Notes: generated by a model from the sequence alone, not told the origin. Shown: positions 39,193-51,840, counted from the whole stretch's first letter. The stretch is 63,987 nucleotides of DNA, filler included, from Folioceros fuciformis (GCA_049999805.1; 21 parts of 21 records of this genome joined end to end with filler, not necessarily neighbours in it); one strand, 5' to 3'. Numbers and translations are program-made.

Positions 39193-41301
39193 CTAGCTGC
39201 TCATGTGGTCCTTCTTCCGTTTCGTGCAAAACCGGAAAGCCAGCTTTGGAAAAGTATTCCTCTGCTTATAACTCAGAGAACAAAACGAGTTCACCCACTG
39301 CACGGACGATTCAAACCTGTCGATTACCCTATCCTCTCGGATTGCACGACTCCACGGGACCGCACGCCTGTCAAAGGCCAGGCTCCGCCAAGGAGACAGG
39401 TAGCTCATTAAACCCTGCTTGAACCAGCCATCCACTGCATACGAAAGCGAGATTCGGTGTGCTACTGGTCGTGAATACCAGTCAGGGTAGTAGAAGTTGA
39501 GGAACTCCTCAAGGCAGGACTGCGGATCCCCCAGTGAGCACTTAAACTCTTTCACTCGCTTCATCAAGTCTGCGAAAGTTGCAGAATGTGGCTGCACAAC
39601 CATCACTCTAGAAGAGAAGCTGTCAGGAGGAAGCAAGCTCGGGGTCGCTGCAAAAGCCCTGTACTCTAAGAGGCCGTGGCAGTTGTCTGCAGCAAGCGAG
39701 TAGGGATCCATATACACCAGTTTGTCGAATCTAGTTTGATTCCATATATGCAACACAGTGAAGGCCTTCCACACATTTTGCGCCTGCTCCTGCTCCCCAT
39801 CATCTACTATGGGATCCACTATTCGAACTTTAGTAAATAGGCCCTTGAAAGGAGCCCAATATTCCCTTGATACTGAACGCAGCACCAAAAGGATTAGTGG
39901 TCGCTCAATTTGCGCCGCCTTGTGCTGTAGGTTGTATGAATAGGCAAAAACACCTGCAGCCAAAACATCCTCTTCGCTTGTAGCCACAGTGATAAAAGCC
40001 TCTCGCACAGACGACTCCCACTTGGGAGCAGGAGGGTATATTGCTTTCGTGGATGGAACGATTGTATTACCCAAATGCCTATCCTGCACCGTATACGCCT
40101 TTACCTCTTCTGGTGGATAGTCGATGGGCACCGTGAACCGCTTCCAACCATTCGCTTGAAGAAGCTGCTTTGTTCTTTGCCAGGTGGAAGCCCAAACATT
40201 AGTGGCAGCTTGAGAAGGTTTCCCATGTTCGACGGTTACCCCATCCATCCAAGGTTTGAACCAGGGATTGGCAAAATGCACAATCTTGATGGGGCCGAAG
40301 AAACACTTGGGAGCATTCAGATCAAACCAGGCGGGAGGGTGGTAGTAATCGGGGAAAAATAGCACCGAATTGTATCCCGCTGGTAACCTATGCTCATAAG
40401 GAAGGCTGTACCAGTCACTAAAGTAGGCATTCAGAAACCCCTGGTCACCGCCGTTGTAAGAAGACAAGTGGTCCAGCTGGTTTATCATGTCTCTGAAAAC
40501 AGCATCAGACGGCTCAAGCAACATAACACCTGAGTTGAATTTCGTCGCGGCATACACATCCGGCGCCATGGCTGGAGTGGGGTAAGAAAATAGGTGGTCC
40601 AAGTTGACAAGAGGAAGCACATCTACATCCAGATACAGCACTTTGGAGTAGTTGGTCAATTTCCATGCCAAAAGCTTGTTGAAGCCCTTGCTCTCGTACC
40701 TGTTCTCAACCTCATCAGCTATAGTAACCTTGGTGAAATGAAGTGGTAGACGGTCATCCGAGGTGCACTCAGCCGAAGTCAGAATTAGGACCAAATCAGC
40801 CTTGCAGCCTGCAAACCGAAGGTTCTGAGCAAGCACCAGAGCTGGTTCAACGAGAGAACATGAGGTGATGACGACCACGTATGCGGACCTGCTTTCCAGC
40901 AGGCTCAAATCAGTGCCACCCTCGAAGGCATTCAAAACAGATCTGCTGAGCCCTGCTGAACCACTCCTGCCCATTAGGGCTCCTAATTCATCATCCTCTG
41001 TCAACCTCCGCCTGGACACATCGTCCCATCTGTGCACACTACCCCGAATGGAGGCAGGAGATTTGCCGCCGAACTGTTTGGAGAAGGTCGACAACCCATC
41101 TACATCCATTTGGTCCACAAGCTGAAGAGAGCTGGCTGGGATGATAGACGCACGGAGAAGAGGAGTATTCGCATAATGGAACGCACGAAGCTGAAGATAC
41201 ATAGTAGCGCACAGCCAGAACAAGATACAGTACTTGATGAATGAGAAAGGTAGCTCCGGAACTCTGCTGTTGCGCGCCCTGTACGCCTCGATAAAGTCCA
41301 T
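39193..41301 (-). CDS. Type II membrane glycosyltransferase with two tandem GT8 (glycogenin/PGSIP-like) domains, intronless
   Basis: Likely start MDFIEAY and TM FIKYCILFWLCATMYL. Domain 1: FNKLLAW...YLDVD, FNSGVMLLEPS, GGDQGFLNAYF, HFANPWFKPW. Domain 2: FTVLHIW...FDKLVYMDPY, FSSRVMVVQP, EFLNFYYPDW. Confidence 0.9.
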   Translation of the reverse strand: MDFIEAYRARNSRVPELPFSFIKYCILFWLCATMYLQLRAFHYANTPLLRASIIPASSLQLVDQMDVDGLSTFSKQFGGKSPASIRGSVHRWDDVSRRRLTEDDELGALMGRSGSAGLSRSVLNAFEGGTDLSLLESRSAYVVVITSCSLVEPALVLAQNLRFAGCKADLVLILTSAECTSDDRLPLHFTKVTIADEVENRYESKGFNKLLAWKLTNYSKVLYLDVDVLPLVNLDHLFSYPTPAMAPDVYAATKFNSGVMLLEPSDAVFRDMINQLDHLSSYNGGDQGFLNAYFSDWYSLPYEHRLPAGYNSVLFFPDYYHPPAWFDLNAPKCFFGPIKIVHFANPWFKPWMDGVTVEHGKPSQAATNVWASTWQRTKQLLQANGWKRFTVPIDYPPEEVKAYTVQDRHLGNTIVPSTKAIYPPAPKWESSVREAFITVATSEEDVLAAGVFAYSYNLQHKAAQIERPLILLVLRSVSREYWAPFKGLFTKVRIVDPIVDDGEQEQAQNVWKAFTVLHIWNQTRFDKLVYMDPYSLAADNCHGLLEYRAFAATPSLLPPDSFSSRVMVVQPHSATFADLMKRVKEFKCSLGDPQSCLEEFLNFYYPDWYSRPVAHRISLSYAVDGWFKQGLMSYLSPWRSLAFDRRAVPWSRAIREDRVIDRFESSVQWVNSFCSLSYKQRNTFPKLAFRFCTKRKKDHMSS

Positions 41302-41928
41302 AACGACGGGAAAAGAGCTTCCTGGGAACAACCCACAACACAATTGGTGAGGACAAGGAGGCAGAAATTATATGTAGAAAGCTGCAGCATCCACAATAAG
41401 ACGAGCAAGCCCGCGCATACCAGGTGCCTGAGAACTAGAGCGGGCTAATGGGCCGCATTGACCCCATAGACTGAGCCCCCGTAAACCCACAGAGGAGAAA
41501 CTCCTCTCACGACAATCGACAGCATCCGCAGCTCCCGTTCCCGACCTCCCGAGTTGGTGCGATGTTGCCAGTGGTGCCACCGGCGTCCAGCTACCGCGCA
41601 CCAGCAAGCGAAAAAGTAGCAATAGAGTGTGATTGACAGGTCTACACAGTCATGCCCGTATAACCAAGGACATTGTCGAGGTCAAGTCCCACGCTGTCCC
41701 CGCTCTTCAGCGCAAATATGAGCTCGTTGTACGGGGAATTGCTTGGAAACAGATAAATCGAACGCTACAGCTGGCTCCTGACATTAGGTAACGAATTATA
41801 TTACGTATCGTCAATATTATCTGGCGTAAAAGTGTGGACATAACTCAGCATGACCTTACATTCGTTGAGCACAGACATGCTGCCTGCGCTTTGAGGAGCG
41901 AGAGAGGAAGAGAGGGGGGTATCCCGGA

Positions 41929-43926
41929 ATGGAGTCTTCTAGCCTCATGCTCCTGCTGGTCAACCTGGCGGCTATCATGGAGCGCGCTGACGAGGCGCTG
42001 TTGCCCGCCGTTTACGATCAAGTGACTCCTGCCGCATTTAACTCGCGGAAGACTTGTTTTGCGGGGATACGTGCATCTTATGTTGCTGCTCCTTTTCCTG
42101 GATGAGTGTCTTGTGAAGTGTGTAAATTCGGTATTGGTCAATATTTGGTTGTTGACGGACTGCTGCAGCGGCCGATGGCAGTTGAATCTCTCAGTTGTTT
42201 GTCTAGGTTGGGCAGGCATTTGGCGTGAGCCCCTCAGCTCTGGGCTCGTTGACGTTCATTAGAGCACTGGTCCAGGCTCTTGCCTCCCCTTTGGCAGCGT
42301 ACTTAGCACTGTCGCACAACAGGGTGAATATCATCGCGGCTGGAGCATTGGCCTGGGCTGTGGCCACTGCGGCCCTGGGTCTCTGCAACTCCTTCTGGCA
42401 GGTACTTGTCTGTAGCGGAAATAATTTTGTTCGGATGGACGTTTACGACCTGTTGCTTGGGTATGTGAGCTATGACTCCTGTCCAACCCGCCTTTCTCTG
42501 CAGAGATTGCCTGCTCGTCTCAGTGAGCTATCAATAATTTTCTTGAAAACATCCTCTGACCAGGCATCTTGTGGCGGGTGTTTCAAAACCCCGCATGTTG
42601 CTTTAAGATTCACAAGGTGCCGGTACCTGTCTTTATCACCTTGGAGACTGCAACCTTTGTCTGCGTATGTGTGCATCATTTTCACGATGGATATGATCCT
42701 TGGCTTGAACAGGCAGCGATAGTGAAAGCTTTCAATGGCATTGGTCTTGCTATTGTAATCCCAGCAATACAGTCCATTGTTGCCGATATCTACGCGGAAA
42801 ATGAGCGAGGTTTTGGATTTGGGTGGCTGCATGCCGCGGGACAGCTGGGTAACTTGCTTGGAGGCGTCTTTGCAACGCTGCTTGCAGGTAGAATGGTGCT
42901 GGGCATAGCAGGTTGGAGGTTTGTTTTCCTCTTCGTTGCGTTGCTCAGCCTGATGCTTGGACTGGCGATTTGTCATATCGGCCGGGAGTTTGTAACACCA
43001 TCACCTGTCCGACCTATCAGGTGCGTAAGCGACTCTCAATCCTATGTTGGGTGTCTCGCCCACTTCTACTGACGCTGGCAGTTTCGCGCTTTGAACTAAG
43101 CTGGTCAATTAGGCCTTGCTAAAGCTCCTGTCTTGTGTCCCTTTCTGTCAGTGGTGAGGGAGAGGCACTGCTTCCCGACAGAGCTTATTCGAAGTTAGAG
43201 TTGAAGGAGTTATGGAAGGGCACATTAATGGTACTGAGAGTTCCTACGTTCCAAGTTATCGTCGGCCAAGGAGTTGTTGGACAGGTTCCTTGGAATGCCA
43301 TGGCATTCTTCACTCTTTGGCTGGAACTGTTGGGGTTTGGTCATGGTTCGGCTGCTCTTCTGGTTGCTCTTTTGTCGATAGGCAATATGTTCGGGTCCGT
43401 GTTTGGAGGCTGGCTGGGAGATTTATCTTCACGCATAGCCCCAAACTCGGGCCGTATCTTTTGCTCACAGTTCAGTGCCGGGTCTGGCATCCCCTTGTCT
43501 GCCTTGTTGCTGCTTGTTGTGCCCCAGCGAGTCGATTACGGTTGGCTCTATGGCCTCATTCTTTTCTCCATGGGTTTCTTCATGTCCTGGAACTCACCAG
43601 CCACTAACTGGCCCATATTTGCTGAAATAGTCCCCGCCCATCTGCACACCACTGTGTATGCTTTTGACTTGACCATAGAGAAGTCCATTGGAGCAGCTGG
43701 GACACCACTAGTGGGTCTTTTTGCGGAGCGGCTTTTTGGATATGATGTTGACGAGTCCTCGTTCGCTTCAGACTTGGGCAATGCCCGGGCTCTTGCAAAA
43801 GGGCTATTTGCCATGATCTCATTTCCCTTCCTCCTTGTCATTCTTGGGGTCAATTTTTTGTATTTCACATATCCCAAGGACAGAGAGAATGCAAAAAGTA
43901 ATAGTCAGAACGAGGTTTTTGAATGA
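41929..43926 (+). CDS. Major facilitator superfamily transporter (plant spinster-like MFS_1)
   Basis: MESSSLMLLLVNLAAIMERADEALLPAVY|, LGSLTFIRALVQAL, AFNGIGLAIVIPAIQSIVAD, GWRFVF, PTFQVIVGQG...PW, WNSPATNWPIFAEIVP, YFTYPKDRENA. Four exons. Confidence 0.93.
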
Positions 43927-44394
43927 GCCTCACTAACTGTTGCTGTGGTTATTCGCTTCTGTTAGGTAGGCCAATCTTATTTCACTTATGTATGCTTGTG
44001 AAGCTTGGAATTCAGTCCCTGCAATACGCACGAGGGCTAGGCCTAAACATCGCGATGGCTAGGCCTAAATATCGGTTCGCCAGGGTACGGCTGGCGAATC
44101 GAAATGCCATGACATGGGCATGGCCTTCCTCTTCCCTGCCCTTCTCTCTCACACCCGTGCCAATCTGCGATCGGGCCACCAGGGGCAGGGGAACTAACTC
44201 AAGTTCCAGTCATCCTGAGTACTGCGGCGTTTAAACAATGCGACGATACAAAGTTGAACGAGCTTAGAGAGGAGCGTTGAGACGAGAGGAGGAGNNNNNN
44301 NNNNNNNNNNNNNNNNNNNNNNNNNNNNNNNNNNNNNNTTAATTAATTAANNNNNNNNNNNNNNNNNNNNNNNNNNNNNNNNNNNNNNNNNNNN

Positions 44395-45683
44395 ATCCCA
44401 AAATCCTCCTCACCACGTCTAGGGATCCTAGTAGTACGCTCACCCAATTCGTGAAGGTATGCATTTGAGAGAAGGTTTGTTTCTGTGACTGGCTATGGGG
44501 AAACAGTCCTGTGTTAGGGTTCCAACGGCGGCGTTCTTATGCGGTGTAGGAGCTGAAGATAGTGTTACCAAATGCACAGAGGATGAACCGCGGAGGTCAA
44601 GTAAGTTTCAAACTTCGCCATTCCTATGGTCTGTCTCGTCCCCGAATGATGGGGTCTGTCATCAGTCGTCCTGACCTCGGAAGTCGTCTAGGTGGTTTCA
44701 GAAATTGTCAAGGCGTGCAGAGCAAATGACTTCACGGATATTGTGATGGTTCATGAGCATCGAGGGAACCCTGATGGCCTTGTTATCTGTCACTTGCCTT
44801 ATGGCCCAACAGCTTATTTTGGCCTCATGAATGTGGTGAGTAGCAACTTCGCTTGTGGCTGGTCCCGTGGAGCCTTGTAGATGTGAAGGTGAAGCATGCA
44901 ATTTCCGCAACCATGACATACTTTTGTATCCAATTTTGTGCAGGTGACAAGGCATGAGAGGAGTAAAACTGAATCTCTGGGCACAGTTTCAGAAGCTTAT
45001 CCCCATCTAATACTTGAGAACTTCAAAACTAAGGTAGACATGCTACTTTGCGTTAAAACACTTTCTCTGAATCCTTGTCCACCAAAATCTCGGGCCTTTC
45101 TTCTGGTTACAGTGCCTAATTTTTCCTTCATGGAGCCTGATTAGTTCCTACTGCTTTCGTACCACGTTGGTGTTAGGGCTTTGCGTCTAATGTGTGGTGG
45201 GAATGTTGGCAGCTAGGGCAGAGGACAGCAACAATTCTCAAGCATCTTTTCCCAGTACCGAAGCCAGATTCCAAGAGAACGATTTCGTTCATCAACAACT
45301 CTGATGACATCTCTTTCAGGTGAGACCAATTTCAGAAAATGCAGAGTGCGTTAGCATCCTGTGGTGAGCTTAGTGTGTGTAGACTTATCTTAGCTTCTTT
45401 ATCGCTATTTTCTCAGGCACCATGTTTTTGAAAAGTTTGGTGGGAAGCTTCAAGAGTTGAAGGAAGTTGGACCCCGTTTCGATCTCCGGCTGTACCAGGT
45501 CTGTGTTTCTAAAGTTTGTCTTAATGAAGCCATGTTCTCGACTGAAATGTCCTATTGGCTCACGCACGGTGAACGCCGGCGTTGGTGCAGATCAAGCGAG
45601 GCACGATGGATCAGGCGGAGGCTCAAAATGAGTGGGTGATTCGACCGTACATGAACTCTGCTATTCGGAAAACTGTACTATAG
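44395..45683 (+). CDS. IMP4: U3 snoRNP protein IMP4 (Brix domain), 5'-truncated
   Basis: PKILLTTSRDPSS...QFVK|ELK...RMNRG, VHEHRGNPDGLVICHLPYGPTAYFGL, EAYPHLI, KHLFPVPK, ISF|RHH, EVGPRFDLRLYQ|IKRGT, EWVIRPYMNSA. Confidence 0.95.
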
Positions 45684-47388
45684 ACGTTTAATCAGGAAGG
45701 CACCATTTGTTTGCACATTCTGTAGGCATGGCCATTTTCCTCATGCTTTCCGCATCCGATGACTTTTACATCATAGAAAGGCATCGCTCATTGGGGATAG
45801 CTTGCTTAGCATGAGAGATACATAGCTGAATCTTGGGAAGGTCGCTCCATGCTTTCTTCATAGCTATCTCCTGCTCTCTGTATTTGTCACTGAGGATGCA
45901 AAATAGTCTGATTCCAACAGCACGTAATGAAGCATATAATAAATCTAGCCAGACTCTCCTGATATTACGTGATTGTATTGATTACTGAAGTGACCTCGTA
46001 TCTGACCACAACTGGTTTCACCATAGGCCCAACAACACATAACTCTTACCGGTGACCCAGGACCCCCCCTTGATTGACATGCACATAGAAAATCTCGAAT
46101 CGACCTCAGGACGTCTCGAAAGTTGATTCAGTAATCATCTCCTTGATGTTAGAAGCATCCCCATGCTTCCAAGGAAGGCATTGTGTATGANNNNNNNNNN
46201 NNNNNNNNNNNNNNNNNNNNNNNNNNNNNNNNNNTTAATTAATTAANNNNNNNNNNNNNNNNNNNNNNNNNNNNNNNNNNNNNNNNNNNNCTCCCCTGCA
46301 CATCCGGGTTACTTATCCCACCCATCACATTATGCTGCCTCATCTACTCCACTCCAACACTAAGTGCTCTAAATCACTCTCCTCAGCACGCGCCATCTCG
46401 TGAGATCTCGGCGCCGCACTCTGCACTTTGCATTCTGGCGGCAGAACATTCTAGGGTTGGGTCATATGCTTGAAGGCGCTTCTGTCCTCTTGTCAAGCGA
46501 TCCCAATCAAATCTCACTCTAGCCATGATGATGCGTGCGACATTGATTATGACTACTCCTCCACAAGGTTCTGTGTCTGCGCGGCCTGCAATGCCTTTAC
46601 TCTGGGCCGTCTGTTCCTCCATCGTCTATGTAACGTAGTCGTAGTAGTGGCGGCAGCCAGCCAGCCAGCTCATAGTCATTACTTCTAAGGACGTACGATG
46701 CAACCTAAGGACACACGGCAGAAACAGAAAGGAACAGGGCACAGCGCAAGAGAGCACCAAAGTGCGGATAGGATGAGATGAAAGGTATAAAGGAAGAAAG
46801 GAAGGACAGACGAAACAGAAGTGAAGACTTGTTCAAACAAAACTTTGAACGACTCTCTCGATTGACTGTGCTTCTGGGGAGTACTAATGCTTGGTGGTGA
46901 AAATGTGGAGGTGTTAGAGTTCCTTGGGTACATTAGGAGGTAAGGGTGAGATGAGGTTTGCTTGTTTTGGATGAGACTTGCTTGGTTAGATGGATGCTAG
47001 AATTAGAGGACCTTTGGTGAATGTAGGTGGAAGGGAAGGGTCAGGGGTCAGGGGTCAGGGGTGGCGTCCCGGGAAGTAAGCATTTGGGTTGCGGTTCCCT
47101 ATTTTTATGGGGTGCCTCGAGAGTTTCGATACCTACCCAGGTGCCATGCTTTTTTTTCCCCTCTCCTCGACTAGAGCAGCCACGACAAAGTAACAGACAG
47201 CTTTACTCTCGAAAGCAGCAGCTTGGCCAACAAACAGGGCCGTGGACCCGCCAGCGGCCACCTTTGGCCCGGGTTAAGTTGAGCTTGGAGCTAGCGGGGA
47301 CTTGGGTTGAGTGAAGTTAGCGACGGACACCAGCACCGGGAACCGGAACCGGAGTCTGGAGGTTTCACGCCCTTTATTGTGTCCCTCC

Positions 47389-47426
47389 GCCTGGCCTGGC
47401 CTGGCCTGGACTGGACTGGCCTGGCC
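47389..47426. repeat. Pentanucleotide microsatellite (CCTGG/ACTGG)n
   Basis: gcctggcctggcctggcctggactggactggcctggcc. Confidence 0.85.
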
Positions 47427-48889
47427 GCGCCACCGCCANNNNNNNNNNNNNNNNNNNNNNNNNNNNNNNNNNNNNNNNNNNNTTAATTAATTAANNNNNN
47501 NNNNNNNNNNNNNNNNNNNNNNNNNNNNNNNNNNNNNNGACAGGAGGTTCAGGCAAGCGAGCGCACGTAGTGTTCCAAGGGTGCAGGTGCAGATGGTGGA
47601 TGCTCCGTAATCGGAAACTGGGAATGAATCGGGAGGGGAGACCTCACCGAGTGGAAGACGAGCTCCCCAGCTATTCCTGTGACGGTTGCGTGGGTTGGAA
47701 AAGGTGCTAGAGGCCAAATCTGCGAGTTCGGAGTGGAAGCGGATAACCCTTCCCTTAGCTTTTGGTGACCCACCACCTCTTCAAACTTCAGAGAGAAGAT
47801 AAGGCCCAAACGGGGCGCATTGGTGAGAGAAGGCGAAAGTCGTGAGTGGATTAAAGATTGAGAGTGTGTTGAGGGTTGTGTGTTTGGAAGCCAGCGGGTG
47901 GTCTGAGCGGCCACCACTGGGAGAGCTGCGGGTGGATGCAGAACGTGGTTGTGATGATGACTGGAGGAAGAAGTTGTGAAACTAAACGATTGGATTGACT
48001 GTGTGTGAGTGGCAGTGAGTTGAGAGTGTAGCTGAGGAACTGAAAAATTGGAGTGGTGAGAGTGAGCGGCGCAGGGGTGTAACCGTGACTGACTAGCGAG
48101 TAAATAGAGCAAGAGGGTGACAAGAACTAGATGTGTTTATGTGCCGTGACAAATTGTTGTGAGGTGAAGAGAAGTTCACTGGTGTCAATGTTATTGAAGT
48201 ACAGGGACGTACGAGCGGATGTGAGAGGTCAGGTCCGGAGGATGCGAGTCGAACGCGGTAGTGGAGGGGAGCATGCTGACTGATTAAGGACCGGGTAGGT
48301 AGGTGAAGGTTCGTGTCTCCCTATGTGTGTGTGCGTGTGTGTGCGTGGGCGTAAGCTGAGCGCCTTAGATCTCTGAGAGGGGCAGTGAGTGGATGTGAGC
48401 GGATGGAGGGGTGCGTGTTGCGAGGAAAGGGTGATTGCCAATAAGAGGGAAGAGAGAGGTCTGCGATGGATCTCGATCGTCAAGAGGCATGAGCCGGAAA
48501 AGTAAGTTGTGGGATAAGTAGGAAGAGGGAGTGGAGAGAGAAAGAGGCGTGGGTCCAGGGGAAGAAGAGAGAGGGTGTGTGGACCCCACCAGGATAGCCG
48601 GTCGGGCGACGGAAGTAGTCAATAATAGTGGTAGCCGTCAGGGCGACAGAGTAGCGAGGTGGTAGCAAGGTGGCCGGGTATGTGGTAGTAGTAACCGTGC
48701 GAGCCTGACCTGGGGTAGTAGCTGACTTTGTGAGACAACCTGCGTTATTTAACACAAATCATTCCCTTGGGATCGAATCCCAGTGCTATAACGACAAAGA
48801 GGGTTTGTGTGGACCTTGCAGCACCCCTGGGTGCAATATTTTCCCCCACACCTAATATTCCTGAAGGGCCGTGTTGCGCTTGGTGGTTG

Positions 48890-49300
48890 AGGTGAGGGGG
48901 ACGAATCCACCGACTGCGGAGTGGAAGAAGGGCGCGCCCGCTTCCCTTATCCCCTGACTCCCCAACCGCTTTTCAAATACAGAGGTAAGGAGTGAGACGA
49001 GGTGTGAGTTGAGTGTGTGTTGGAGTCAAAGGAGGGAGATGAATCCGCTGATCACGGAGTGAAGGGAGATCATGTCCTTCCCTTATTTCCCAGCTGTTGA
49101 CTGCAACCTAGAGCTGATGAGGGTATAAATGAGTGAGTAAGATATGAGCAAGTGAGAAGGAGAGAAGAGATCAAGTGAGCGTGTGTGTCAAGATGTGAAG
49201 GTGAGAGACCGCGGTTACTGCAAGGAGGGAGGCGAATCCGCTGACTACGGGGAGGAAGGGGTGTCTCTCCTTTCCTTACTTCCCGAACTATTGACCGCGA
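48890..49300. repeat. Three dispersed ~70-bp related modules in a strand-biased non-coding contig (possibly retroelement UTR)
   Basis: gaatccRcYgaYYRcgg...gaaggg...ccttat/ccttac at about 48904, 49041 and 49234. Confidence 0.65.
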
Positions 49301-49929
49301 ATGAGCGTGCTGTGAATGTTGAGTATCCGAGAGTGTGTTGAGGCTGTGACGGAATCATTGAGGAATCGCTGAAGGAGTTTGACATGTGAAGTATGTGGTG
49401 CGAGAGACTGTTGGAAGACTGCTTGAGGAATCATGGATGTTGCGGAAAATGCGAGTGAGCTGTAAGGAGTGACTGTAGGTTGGAATCGGGTATGTGTGAA
49501 AGTGCTGTGTGGTTGGGGGCATGAGGTGTACATGCCTGCGGAACCGGACTGTCTAAGTGTGAACTGTGGAGTGATAAGTAATCCCAACTAGCTACTCTGG
49601 AGAATCGGGTAGAAACCCCCAAGTAGAAACCCACAATGATACCAGAAACAACATGTGTTAGCCAGAATGTAGAGGTGGGACCCACCAAGATGGTGGAACC
49701 TACTATCGATTGTGGAGACCCCTACCGGTCGCAGAGGAGCCAGTAGTTGTAGAGACCCCTACCTCGGTGGAGGAATGAGGCCTGGAGCCATAGAGTTAAG
49801 TTTGTGGTAGCTAGGCCACCTAAGGGGTANNNNNNNNNNNNNNNNNNNNNNNNNNNNNNNNNNNNNNNNNNNNTTAATTAATTAANNNNNNNNNNNNNNN
49901 NNNNNNNNNNNNNNNNNNNNNNNNNNNNN

Positions 49930-50045
49930 GCCTTGGTAGTAGCGCCTCCGCCTCCGAACATTGCTGTGGCCCCTCCAAATCCCAAGATCAAGATCATCAT
50001 GAGGAAAACAAACTTCAACACCATACACATCTTCACAAGAGCCAT
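49930..50045 (-). CDS. N-terminus of a possible secreted protein, truncated by the gap
   Basis: MALVKMCMVLKFVFLMMILILGFGGATAMFGGGG...: a hydrophobic signal-peptide-like start running into the spacer. Confidence 0.35.
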
Positions 50046-50328
50046 AGTAGCAAGAGAGAAAGCCCAAGAACCAAGGATGTAGTACCACAAAGAGACGTGG
50101 AAAGCAAGCAAGTGTAGAACTACTAACCTCACCCCACATATATAGGCCTTGAAGACCATTCATTTTCGATACTGTATGACAAAGTTCTCGACGGCTCTTA
50201 ATTATCATATATTATTATCCACTGAAAGATTTTAAAAATATCCTATTTCTTTCTTAAGATATATTTTGCACTTTGTTTCCATGTTCTCAAGCATGTAATC
50301 ATCTTTGATAAAGATTATTTTGTATTAT

Positions 50329-50580
50329 TGAAAAAGGGATAGAAAATCGCATCTACTCCAAAGTTAAGGAGGAATGACCTAGGCAGGGCCCTAAGGAGTA
50401 TTACTAGCTTCGAACATCATTCTTAAAACTACACATTGCTCCCAAAATGTTGTAATGCGGAATATGAAAAAGGCATACCTACCACTAGTGCCGAAGAAGA
50501 TGTCGGTTGTGTGCACTTATTGTTGTTTTAAAAACCGCATTAGCCAATGCTGTTTGGAAAGCAATGGATATGCCTTTGCC
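50329..50580 (-). mobile_element. Second, 5'-truncated and older copy of the CRE 3' end
   Basis: Aligns by eye to 15270-15530 (atctactccaaag, tgctcccaaaatgt, tacctaccac, gcattRgccaatgc, caatggata) and ends at the same point as the poly(A)-bearing copy. Confidence 0.8.
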
Positions 50581-50599
50581 CTACCCATGTAGGAGCTAA

Positions 50600-51840
50600 A
50601 GAAGGAGCCTCCCTTACCACCCGCCAAGGGGAAGAAAGGAGCAAGAGGAATTGACCCATAGGTCCTTTGGGTGGCGGGGCTTGTATCCACTAGGGAGTTG
50701 TGGGACTTTTGATCAGGGGCCACAGAGGAAGTTATTAACCTTTTGTGGATGGACATGTGGCACTAGGGCTATGCCCACTGGGGGCTCATCAAGGAGTGTT
50801 ACCAGTAGCTGTAACTTACTCATGAGGAGATCACTACCCTCCTACCGGGATAGCTAGGAACGTTGGCTGTGTAAAAGCCATTATACATTGTGTACATGGC
50901 TTTTATAGCCTTAGTGTGAAGAGGTGTGTCTCTTAGATCTAGACTAACTATGACTATAAGTGTAAATGGGAACTTATTCTAGCACCTTCCAAGTCAGGAT
51001 GTGAAGACCCATCCAAGGGGATGGACTATCCGACTCATCCAAAAAGTGTATGGACTCCCTGAAGATGAAGTGGGTGGAGCTTGCATGCTGAACAAGGGGT
51101 AAGAGGGAAGAAGACCCCATCTTTGGAGGTGCCTGGATGCGAAGACCCAAAATGGGTGGACGACAAATAAACTCATAGACCCCAAGTGGAAAATCTTCAC
51201 TAAGATTGTGCTGGCCCTGACCTGCTGTCAAAGGATGACCTACTTCTCCAACTCCTTCTTGCATTTTATGTGGAAGGTTAAGTAAGGCACTCGACCGAAT
51301 CGGGGGATTATCATGTTCGGGGCCTACAAACACCACCAAGACAAGATGTTGCATCCAAACCAACAAGACAATGTAGGTCATTCACACACTCACCTCAACA
51401 CCTATTTGGTGCACTGTGTGGCGCCCATGGGCTCCCGACAGCCAAGGAGGAGGAAGAAGGACGACAAGCCTTTAGATGTCGTGCCCTTGGGAGAGAGGAC
51501 CGAAGGGTCTGTCCAGCAGGTGGATGACCAAGCTGGGTTAGGGATCTCCTTGTCCCAGCCAAAGGAAGGGCAAATGAAAGATGACCTACAACTGGCTGGA
51601 GGGAAGGAAGAGGGTCTAGACAAAGTAGTTGGGGTGAATCCGGGGAATTGTTGTTGGGAGAGCCATAAGAGTCCATAAGAGTCTGAGCTCGGGTCCATAA
51701 GAGTCTGAGCTTGGGTCCATAAGAGTTCAGATTGAGGCCTAATGTCCACTATGGGATTTAAGTTTATAAGCTCGATCATAGGATTTTGGTTGTTGAGCCT
51801 CACGTTCCTGATATTCTCCACTGAGATACTTTTCTGGCGT
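50600..51840 (-). mobile_element. Probable decayed retroelement (LINE ORF1-like) with a 22-bp tandem repeat at about 51660-51730
   Basis: Broken minus-strand ORFs without diagnostic motifs; gtccataagagtctgagctYgg repeats. Assignment is weak. Confidence 0.25.

Noticed and set aside
49114-49121. CTGATGAG hammerhead-ribozyme core (retrozyme)
   Set aside because: No stem II and GAAA partner could be found in proper position.
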